NCBI GenBank assembly: GCA_964510165.1
Contig: CAZEBC010000003.1
Location: forward strand, 28,611-58,102
Length of the DNA: 29,492 nucleotides
DNA from: an uncultured bacterium
GTDB lineage: Bacteria > Abyssobacteria > SURF-5
Reading direction: 5' to 3'
A model generated the notes under the pieces. It was not told the DNA's origin and did no database searches. It was given only the letters and a program-made list of their open reading frames with translations. Below, piece by piece: positions 22,379-29,492 of this stretch; position 1 is the first letter of the stretch; each line of letters starts with the position of its first letter. Made by a program: the position numbers and the translations under genes.

Positions 22379-23539
22379 TCAGCCCGAGGCCACAATTAAC
22401 TCCTCGAGCGAGGTTGGGTACTTCGTGAGCGAAATCGGGCCATCCTCGGTCACCAACACAGTGTCGGAATGCCTGAAACCGGCATAACCGGGGATGTAAA
22501 TGCCCGGCTCAACGCTCACCAGCATGTTTGCCTCGAGCATATGCTCGCTGCCCTCGGCTATCCATGGCGCCTCGTGCACGCTGATGCCGAAACCATGCCC
22601 CGTGCGATGCAAGATGTGTTCCGAATGGCCCTTGTCCCTCAGGAAACCCAGCACAGCTTTGTCTATTTCCGAGCATGAAGCGCCCGGCCTGATCATCGAA
22701 AACGCGATGCGCCGCGCTTCCGTCATCGTCTCGAACAACTGCCTCGCCCTTCGGTCGGGTTCGCCAAGAAAGTAGGTCCGCTCGCACTCGGCCGAGTAAC
22801 CATCCGCCTGCAGGCTCACCAGCGACACGTTCGGCTGGCCCGCCTTCATCGTGTCGAATATCGACGGCGTGGAATGCGGCATCGCGCTCATGCGGCCTAT
22901 CCACACCGCCGTCACCGATTTGGTTACCTGGAAATTCGCGTGCGGTATGTCCTGAACGATCTTCAACGTGGCCGCATTCCGCCCGGCCGAGTACAGCGTC
23001 AACTCGCTGACCCCTTCCGCAGAATTCTCCACCATCGCCTGAGTGCTCACGTCACAGACCTCGGCCGCATACGCAACGCGGCCGACCTCCCACTCCGATT
23101 TCACGAGCCGGGCATGTTCGATTATGTCGCCGATGACTGTCGCGCGGCCAATCGCCTCGCGCGCATACACGGGCAGGCTGGATTCGATGCCCACCTTCTT
23201 GGCGCCCCCAAGTGCCTTCGTAAGCGCATCAGCCCACCCTTTCCCCGGCGGAGCCGGATACTCGCCATATTCTATTATGTCCCCTATCCAGGTGTGCTCC
23301 CGGGCATGGTCCACCTCGAGCTTCGGCACAACAAGCGTCGGGCCGCCCTCCTTCAGCACCAGAAAGAAGGGCCGCTCGTGCGCCGTGTACACGAAGCCGG
23401 ACAGATAATACACATTCTCCAGCCATGTGGATACGTACGCTCCCAAGCCAAGCGCAGCCGCTTTTCCCCACACCTTTCTCAAGCGCGATTCGTATTCTTC
23501 CCTCGTCGGACGACTGGTGAGTGGGGTGATATTTTTCAT
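22379..23539 (-). CDS. M24 family Xaa-Pro peptidase / creatinase-like protein
   Basis: NVYYLSGF, RLVKSEWE, HRTGHGFG..HEAP, SVEPGIY, GFRHSDTVLVT. Several canonical acidic metal ligands appear substituted, so activity is uncertain. Confidence 0.85.
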   Translation of the reverse strand: MKNITPLTSRPTREEYESRLRKVWGKAAALGLGAYVSTWLENVYYLSGFVYTAHERPFFLVLKEGGPTLVVPKLEVDHAREHTWIGDIIEYGEYPAPPGKGWADALTKALGGAKKVGIESSLPVYAREAIGRATVIGDIIEHARLVKSEWEVGRVAYAAEVCDVSTQAMVENSAEGVSELTLYSAGRNAATLKIVQDIPHANFQVTKSVTAVWIGRMSAMPHSTPSIFDTMKAGQPNVSLVSLQADGYSAECERTYFLGEPDRRARQLFETMTEARRIAFSMIRPGASCSEIDKAVLGFLRDKGHSEHILHRTGHGFGISVHEAPWIAEGSEHMLEANMLVSVEPGIYIPGYAGFRHSDTVLVTEDGPISLTKYPTSLEELIVASG

Positions 23540-23576
23540 CGCAGATCTCCTGAGATCAAATCCGTTGCCGGCCTGC

Positions 23577-24173
23577 CTACGAACAAAGCGAGTGCTCCGC
23601 GGCTCGCTTTAGGAGTTCATAAGGTTGCGCCCCGATTATGACGCCGCCATTTGAAAACACGAACGAGGGCACCCCCGTCAACCCGAGCGTGTGCGCCTCT
23701 TGAAGGGAAGCCCCAAGAGCATCCGCGTGTTTTCCGGACGATACCGCCTCCCTGAAATATCCGCCATCCATCCCGGCTCCTTCAGCGATTTCACTCAATA
23801 TATCCAAGTCACCTATATCCTTGGACTGCTGGAAATAAGCGCTCAAGACCGCCGAGTGGTATTTTTCGAAGACGCCGCTCTCACGGGCGACCTCACCGCC
23901 CAGCAACGCCATGTGCGAGTTGGGCAGTTTGTTCGGCATCTTCATCTCAACCCCGATCTCCTCGGCCAGCCTGCGCACATTTGCCTCCAAGTTGGAAATG
24001 GCTCCCGCCAAGAAGCGGCTGAGAGGGATGCCTTCGGATGGGACCTCGGGATGAATCTCGAACGGCTTCCAAACAGCCTCGATGGGAAACTCCCCTGTGA
24101 GGCAATCCGCCAGGTGTTTCCCGATGAAGCAGAATGGACAGATGTAATCCGAAAAGACCTTAAGGATCTGCAT
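23577..24173 (-). CDS. DsbA family (FrnE-like) oxidoreductase
   Basis: FSDYICPFCFIG, WKPFEIHPE, GLTGVPSF, GAQPYE. Confidence 0.88.
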   Translation of the reverse strand: MQILKVFSDYICPFCFIGKHLADCLTGEFPIEAVWKPFEIHPEVPSEGIPLSRFLAGAISNLEANVRRLAEEIGVEMKMPNKLPNSHMALLGGEVARESGVFEKYHSAVLSAYFQQSKDIGDLDILSEIAEGAGMDGGYFREAVSSGKHADALGASLQEAHTLGLTGVPSFVFSNGGVIIGAQPYELLKRAAEHSLCS

Positions 24174-24189
24174 AACGCGCTCTCCCGCG

Positions 24190-24798
24190 CTATCCGAGGT
24201 GACTGGTGTCGTTCAGGCGTAGCACAATGGGATGTGGCCACCGGCCACCGAACTCGATCACGCTTATCCCCGCAACGTCCTGGTGCAGTCGCCGAAAATC
24301 GGTGAGGTCGAGATTCAGAATCCGGCACAGAAGCGAAAGATTGCACAGGTTGTGAGAAACGACCGCCGCGCTTCCGTCGGAGTTGGCCTCGATGATCTTC
24401 TCAAGCGCCGCCCATGCGCGCTCCTGCATTTCCCGAAGCGTCTCGCCGCCCGGCAGCCTCACATCGGCCGGCTCGCGGAACCACTTCGCCAGAAAGTCCG
24501 AATGATTCTCCACCAGCTCGGTCAACGTCAACCCCTCGAACTCGCCCTGATTCAGCTCGCGCAATTCGTCGAGCGGCTTCACCTGCACGGAATGGTATCG
24601 CGCGATAGCGCTCGCCGTATCATACGCCCTCTTCAGCGTGCTCGAATAGATTCCGCTCAGCCTCACTTTGCTGAGGTGCTTTCCTATCGCTTCGGCCTGA
24701 CGCCGGCCCGTCGCGTTAAGCTCGCTGTCGCTGAACCCCTGACATCTCTTCTCGACGTTCCAGTCGGTCTCACCGTGCCGAATCAAGTAAACCAACAT
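24190..24798 (-). CDS. Histidine phosphatase family protein (phosphoglycerate mutase/CobC-like)
   Basis: LIRHGETDWN, YSSTLKRA, LRELNQGEFEG, PGGE, VVSH, LNDTSHL. ATG 24798 preferred over TTG 24822. Confidence 0.9.
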   Translation of the reverse strand: MLVYLIRHGETDWNVEKRCQGFSDSELNATGRRQAEAIGKHLSKVRLSGIYSSTLKRAYDTASAIARYHSVQVKPLDELRELNQGEFEGLTLTELVENHSDFLAKWFREPADVRLPGGETLREMQERAWAALEKIIEANSDGSAAVVSHNLCNLSLLCRILNLDLTDFRRLHQDVAGISVIEFGGRWPHPIVLRLNDTSHLG

Positions 24799-24854
24799 AA
24801 TGACGATTCTCGCTCCTCGCAACGGCAGGCCCTGTGTGGCCGTCCGCGCAATGC

Positions 24855-25352
24855 CTACCTTACCGGCCCTATCCTGCTGATCGGGTTATAGATGAACGCA
24901 ACCCTCGCCCGGATCAGCCAGCCGGGAACCGGCCCAAACCAGCGACTGTCGACGCTGTTGACCCTGTTATCACCCATGACATACACGCGCCCCTCCGGAA
25001 TCTGAATCGGAGGCCTGAACTCATCGCTCCGGTTCTTTACGTAAGGTTCCTCCAGAAGGACCCCGTTTATGTAAACGTATCCATTATAGATGGCAACCGT
25101 CTCTCCGGGCAATCCTATCACTCGCTTGACATAGAGGTCGTCTTCCTGCCCGCCCGAGAACACCACGATATCCCCCCGCTGCAGTTCAGACAGCTCTACC
25201 GTAAACCCTCCAATGTAGTCCGATCTCTTCAATGTGGGGTCCATCGAGTCCGAGGGAATGAGATAAAATTGGATGCCCTTGATGTCAAAGAAGTAGATGA
25301 TGGCAAGGAAGAATACCAGGGCGAGCCACAGCGACCAACTCCGTCTCTTCAT
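24855..25352 (-). CDS. lepB: Signal peptidase I
   Basis: IPSDSMDPTL (Ser), RGDIVVF, YVKRVIGLPGE (Lys), MGDNRVNSVDSRWFG. Confidence 0.92.
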   Translation of the reverse strand: MKRRSWSLWLALVFFLAIIYFFDIKGIQFYLIPSDSMDPTLKRSDYIGGFTVELSELQRGDIVVFSGGQEDDLYVKRVIGLPGETVAIYNGYVYINGVLLEEPYVKNRSDEFRPPIQIPEGRVYVMGDNRVNSVDSRWFGPVPGWLIRARVAFIYNPISRIGPVR

Positions 25353-25377
25353 CCAGCAGTAAGAACCTCCCTCCCCC

Positions 25378-26784
25378 TCACTTCAAACCCAGCTTCTTCA
25401 TCTTCTTGTGAAGCGTATTCCGATTGATCCCAAGCATCTCCGCCGCGCGAAGCTGGTTCCCGCCGCACCTCTTGAGCACCTTCTCGATCAACGGCTTCTC
25501 GAGCCTCTCGAGCACAAGGTCATACAGCCCTGTCTCACCCGCCAATGAGTCCAACGTGCCCTCCACCAACTGCTCCCAGGACGCTCCGCTTTCACCAAAG
25601 CGCTGAGCGGCGGCCTTCGGCAACGCTAGCGCGATGTGCTCCGGCGTTATCGCCTGGTCGGTCTGCATCACCATGATCCGCTTGATCAGGTTCTCCAGCT
25701 CGCGAACGTTGCCCGGCCAACTATACGACTGAAGCGCCTCCAAGGCCGCCGGCTCGATCGCGCGCGGCTCGATGTTCATTTCATCCGCGAACCGCTGAAT
25801 AAAATACGTCGCCAGTTCCGGAATATCCTCTTTCCGCTCCCTGAGCGACGGCAACACTATCGGAACCACGTTGAGCCGATAATAAAGGTCCTCGCGAAAC
25901 CGACCCTCCCCTATCGCAGCGGCCAGGTCCCGGTTCGTCGCCGCGATCACTCGCGCATCCACCTTTATCGTCACCCCCCCGCCTACCGGCTCGATCTCCC
26001 GTTCCTGCAACGCCCTCAAAAGCTTGCCCTGCAGGTCCAGCCCGATGTCGGCCACCTCATCGAGAAACAACGTGCCGCGCTCGGCCTGCTCGAACTTCCC
26101 CGTCCGGCTCGCCGTCGCGCCGGTGAACGCCCCCTTCACGTGCCCGAACATCTCGCTCTCGAGCAGGTTCTCCGGTATCGCCACGCAGTTCACGGGCACA
26201 AATGGCCCGCCGGAACGCCGGCTGTTGTAATGAATCGCGCGCGCGACCATCTCCTTGCCGGTCCCGCTTTCACCCTGGATCAGAACCGTCACGTCCTTGT
26301 CGGCGACGCGCCCGATGGCCTTGTACACTTCCTGCATCTTCTCCGAACTGCCCACGAGATTATTGATGTCGTATTTCTCGCGAAGCCTGGCCCGAAGCTC
26401 GGTATTCTCCCGCGCGAGCGCCTGTGTCCTCAGCGCCTTCTGGACTGTGGCCTCTAGCTCCTCCACGTCAAAGGGTTTCGTCACGTAATCATACGCGCCC
26501 CACTTCATCGCCTCGATCGCCGTCATCATCGTCCCATACGCCGTTATGATGATCACCGCCAGCTCAGGCTGGATCAGCTTGGCCTGACTCAACGCCTCAA
26601 GCCCGCTCATGCCCGGCATCCTTACATCCATCAGCAGCACGTCATACTCCGATTTTCGAAGCTTCTGTAAGGCCTCATCGGCGGACCCCACCGCTTCGCA
26701 CTCATACTTGGGCGCGCCAAACGTCTGGCTCAACACCCAGCGCGTGCTCTGGTCGTCATCGGCAACAAGGATTCTCGGCAACAT
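25378..26784 (-). CDS. NtrC-like sigma54-dependent response regulator (REC-AAA+-Fis HTH)
   Basis: ILVADDD, DVRMPG, GESGTGKE, GAFTGA, FLDEV, WPGNVRELEN, GNQLRAAEMLGINRNTL. ATG 26784 lies just after the kinase stop. Confidence 0.92.
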   Translation of the reverse strand: MLPRILVADDDQSTRWVLSQTFGAPKYECEAVGSADEALQKLRKSEYDVLLMDVRMPGMSGLEALSQAKLIQPELAVIIITAYGTMMTAIEAMKWGAYDYVTKPFDVEELEATVQKALRTQALARENTELRARLREKYDINNLVGSSEKMQEVYKAIGRVADKDVTVLIQGESGTGKEMVARAIHYNSRRSGGPFVPVNCVAIPENLLESEMFGHVKGAFTGATASRTGKFEQAERGTLFLDEVADIGLDLQGKLLRALQEREIEPVGGGVTIKVDARVIAATNRDLAAAIGEGRFREDLYYRLNVVPIVLPSLRERKEDIPELATYFIQRFADEMNIEPRAIEPAALEALQSYSWPGNVRELENLIKRIMVMQTDQAITPEHIALALPKAAAQRFGESGASWEQLVEGTLDSLAGETGLYDLVLERLEKPLIEKVLKRCGGNQLRAAEMLGINRNTLHKKMKKLGLK

Positions 26785-26788
26785 GGCT

Positions 26789-28408
26789 CTATGCCTTTTC
26801 TCCAACCGGAAACGACACGATAAACGTACTCCCCTTCCCCTCCTCGCTGACCACGTCTATTGCGCCCCCGTGCTCCTCCACGATCCGATGCGAAATCGCA
26901 AGCCCAAGCCCCGTCCCCGTCTCTCGTGTGGTGAAGAACGGCATGAAGAGGTGCTCCAATGTCTGCTGCGACATGCCGCAGCCCGTATCGTTGATCTCGA
27001 CAACAACCGCCGGCACCTGTCCGCGCCCAAAGCCTGCATTCTCACGCGCGTTTATCTTCAACGCGCCGCCTTCCGGCATCGCCTGCACCGCGTTCAGGAA
27101 CAGGTTCAGAAACACCTGCGTGAGCTGGGCCGCGTCCCCGCTGATTGGCCGCAAACCCGCCTCTAACTTTTTACGCACCTTCACGCCGCTCTTCTTGATG
27201 TCCGACTTCAGAAGATCGAGCGCCCGCTCGATAATCTCGCCGATATCCGTCGGCGCGACATCCGCCTTCGCCGGACGCGCGAAGTCCAGTAGCTGCGCCA
27301 CTGTCCGGTCCAGCCGGTCCACCTCTCGCACGATCACATCGAGAAAATCCTTGAGTTCCCTCTTGTCCTTCACTTTTCGGGCCAATAGCTGCGACGCCCC
27401 TCGTATGCCTCCGAGGGGATTCCGTATCTCATGCGCCACCCCGGCCGCCATCGTCCCCAGCGCAGCCAGCCGATGATTGCGCCGCGATTGCCGCTCCAGT
27501 CGCTTAACCTCCGTCAGGTCCTGCGCATTCAGCACGATGGCCCTCCGGCCCGACGCATCCGGCCCCAACTGCGACCACGTCACCGCAATCGGCGTCGGCT
27601 CAGGCCCAGCCCCGAACACGTGCGCCTCAAAGCTTGGCGCCGCGGCGGGATCATCATACACGCGGTCTATGATATTCAGCATGCCCCGATGCTGCGCGAA
27701 CACATCGAGAAAGTGCTTGCTCACCACGTCCTCGCGCCTCAACTGGAACATATGCTCAGCGGCCGGATTGAGCGTCGTCACAAGCCCCCGATCGTCGAGA
27801 ACTACCACGCCGTTCGCCATCCCTGCCAGTATGCGGTCGGTCCGCTCCTTCAGCGCAACGATCTCGCTGATCGCCCCATGCACGCGCACCGCCTGCGCCA
27901 CGATCGAGGCAATGATCGTCAACAGATGCAGGTCGCCCTCCAGCGTGTCATCGCCCGAGCGAACCTTGTCCACGCTCAACACGCCCACCACCTCGTTCTC
28001 CAACTTCAGTGGAACGCACAAGAACGCGATCTTGTCACGGTCTATGTTCTTCCTGGCGCCCGTCCGGTCCAGAAACAGAGGCTCTTTCCCGATGCTCGGC
28101 ACAATGAATGGCAGGCCCGTCTCCACCACCTTGCCGGTGATGCCCTCTCCTATTTTATATTTGCCGCGCCTTATCTCCTCATCGGTCAGCCCGTGCGCGA
28201 CCCGGATCATCAACTCTTTCGTGCTCGGGTCCAGCAGCGTCAGCGTGCCGCGCTGCATCCCGAACCGCGACGCCAGTATCTCCATGATCTGCTGAAACGT
28301 CTCGGAAAGGTCGCGCGACGCGCCCAACTTCTCCGATATCGTCAGAAGCGCTTCTATCTCGGGCGAGTCCAGCCGGACGGATTCGGAAGGATTATGAAAG
28401 GTAGTCAT
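26789..28408 (-). CDS. Cytoplasmic sensor histidine kinase: NifA-type GAF + PAS + HisKA + HATPase
   Basis: GAF 'YKIGEGITGKVVETG..EPLFLDRTGAR..FLCVPLK..VVGVLSVD'; PAS 'NPAAE'; H-box AHEIRNPLGGIRG; N, G1 and G2 boxes; no TM segment. Confidence 0.9.
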   Translation of the reverse strand: MTTFHNPSESVRLDSPEIEALLTISEKLGASRDLSETFQQIMEILASRFGMQRGTLTLLDPSTKELMIRVAHGLTDEEIRRGKYKIGEGITGKVVETGLPFIVPSIGKEPLFLDRTGARKNIDRDKIAFLCVPLKLENEVVGVLSVDKVRSGDDTLEGDLHLLTIIASIVAQAVRVHGAISEIVALKERTDRILAGMANGVVVLDDRGLVTTLNPAAEHMFQLRREDVVSKHFLDVFAQHRGMLNIIDRVYDDPAAAPSFEAHVFGAGPEPTPIAVTWSQLGPDASGRRAIVLNAQDLTEVKRLERQSRRNHRLAALGTMAAGVAHEIRNPLGGIRGASQLLARKVKDKRELKDFLDVIVREVDRLDRTVAQLLDFARPAKADVAPTDIGEIIERALDLLKSDIKKSGVKVRKKLEAGLRPISGDAAQLTQVFLNLFLNAVQAMPEGGALKINARENAGFGRGQVPAVVVEINDTGCGMSQQTLEHLFMPFFTTRETGTGLGLAISHRIVEEHGGAIDVVSEEGKGSTFIVSFPVGEKA

Positions 28409-28427
28409 TTCAAGTATGGGCGGGACC

Positions 28428-28472
28428 GGTTATATTGGGGACATCATGCCGCATGGTGTCCCCAATGTAACC
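28428..28472. repeat. Long intergenic palindrome (REP-like)
   Basis: GGTTATATTGGGGACATCATGC-C-GCATGGTGTCCCCAATGTAACC: 22-nt arms, 20 Watson-Crick and 2 T.G pairs on the + strand. Confidence 0.8.
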
Positions 28473-28477
28473 TGCCC

Positions 28478-29290
28478 CTACCGATCAATCCCCAACACCT
28501 CGTTCATGCTCCCAGTGCGATACCCCTCGAGGTCCAACGTCACATATTTATACCCGATTTTCTTGAATTCCTCGACCACGTCCGCGATCATCTTCGAGTT
28601 GAAAAACCGCTCAAACTCCTGCGGCGTCACCTCTATTCGCGCCGTATGGTCGTGATGCCGCACACGCACCTGACGGAACCCCTTGTGCCGCAAGTATTGC
28701 TCCGCCCGGTCCACCTGCTCCAGTTTCTCGGGCGATATCGTGGACCCATACGGAAACCGCGACGACAGACACGCGAACGAAGGCTTCTCCCATGTCGGCA
28801 GCCCCAGCGCGCGCGATAGCTCCCGAATGTCCGCCTTCGTCAACCCTGCCTCCGCCAGCGGACTGCGCACTCCCAGTTCCTCGGCGGCCTGCCTGCCCGG
28901 CCGATAGTCCCACCGGTCATCCATGTTCGAGCCGTCAACCACGACCGCCAGGCCCTCCTCCCGCGCGATCCCCACCAGCTTGCCGAACAACTCCCGCTTG
29001 CAGTAATAGCACCGATTCGGCGGATTCGACACAAACTCCGGGATATCCATCTCCTCCGACTCGATCACCCTATGCCTCGCCCCCAGCGACCCCGCCAGCC
29101 GCCTCGCCTCCTCAAGCTCCGCCTTCGGATACGTCAGCGACGTGGCCGTCACCGCCAGCACCTTCTCAGGCCCAAGCGCGTCCAGCGCCGACCGGAGCAA
29201 GAACGTGCTGTCCACCCCGCCGGAAAACGCCACCACCGCGCTCCCCAGCCCCTTCAATATCTCCTCCAGCTTCGCTTTCTTTGTATCCAA
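28478..29290 (-). CDS. larE: ATP-dependent sulfur transferase LarE family
   Basis: VAFSGGVDS PP-loop, NPPNRCYYCK, DGSNMDD..DYRPG, KPSFACLSSRFPYG, QVRVRHH, GYRTGSMN. Confidence 0.92.
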   Translation of the reverse strand: MDTKKAKLEEILKGLGSAVVAFSGGVDSTFLLRSALDALGPEKVLAVTATSLTYPKAELEEARRLAGSLGARHRVIESEEMDIPEFVSNPPNRCYYCKRELFGKLVGIAREEGLAVVVDGSNMDDRWDYRPGRQAAEELGVRSPLAEAGLTKADIRELSRALGLPTWEKPSFACLSSRFPYGSTISPEKLEQVDRAEQYLRHKGFRQVRVRHHDHTARIEVTPQEFERFFNSKMIADVVEEFKKIGYKYVTLDLEGYRTGSMNEVLGIDR

Positions 29291-29320
29291 TCCCGTATAA
29301 TCCGTGATTTAGGAAAACCT

Positions 29321-29337
29321 TGCCTAAAATTTAGGCA
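29321..29337. promoter_or_regulatory. 17-bp palindromic operator, NtrC-type (TGC-N11-GCA)
   Basis: TGCCTAAA-A-TTTAGGCA, between the promoter and the larE start. Confidence 0.65.
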
Positions 29338-29355
29338 TTATCATCAACCTCATTA

Positions 29356-29384
29356 ACTATAACAGAGCTAACACATTGTGTCAA
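29356..29384 (-). promoter_or_regulatory. sigma70 promoter (extended -10) for the larE-kinase-regulator operon
   Basis: Minus strand TTGACA (29384-29379), 17 nt, TATAGT (29361-29356), preceded by TGn. Confidence 0.8.
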
Positions 29385-29422
29385 TTTCAAGCAACCGCAG
29401 ACGCCCTTTGGAAAGATCATTC

Positions 29423-29450
29423 TTGACAGAGAGAGCAACTAGATTAAATT
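29423..29450 (+). promoter_or_regulatory. Possible divergent sigma70 promoter for a gene beyond the window
   Basis: TTGACA (29423-29428), 16 nt, TAAATT (29445-29450). Confidence 0.45.
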
Positions 29451-29492
29451 TACCACTGTGGACGACCGCTGTTGGTACCCGGAAAGCAAGCG

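Overview
Chromosomal segment of a GC-rich diderm bacterium (secretin and waaA present); taxon cannot be assigned from sequence alone. Left half (+ strand, 2-19188): end of an unusual type IV filament (T4aP/T2SS hybrid-looking) locus. It holds a large PilW/GspJ-like minor pilin (5'-truncated), a ~1550-aa GspK/PilX-like pilin, a secreted Ig-repeat protein in the PilY1 position, then pilM-pilN (fused), pilO-like, pilP-like and a TPR-secretin. waaA and a TMTC-like GT-C/TPR glycosyltransferase follow. Right half (- strand, 19202-29290): larE, a NifA-GAF/PAS histidine kinase, an NtrC-like sigma54 activator, lepB, histidine phosphatase, DsbA/FrnE, M24 peptidase, stand-alone Lrp/AsnC domain, glmS and a UDP-sugar epimerase. 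Most notable: (i) one ~70-90 aa module occurs five times across two pilus-tip proteins; (ii) 9-mer inverted-repeat elements sit at pilin gene junctions, one encoding the cleavable pilin leader; (iii) pilM has a perfect sigma70 promoter and probably starts at ATC; (iv) a NifA-GAF/NtrB chimera lies in an operon with an NtrC-type operator. All family calls come from motif recognition by eye; no searches were run.
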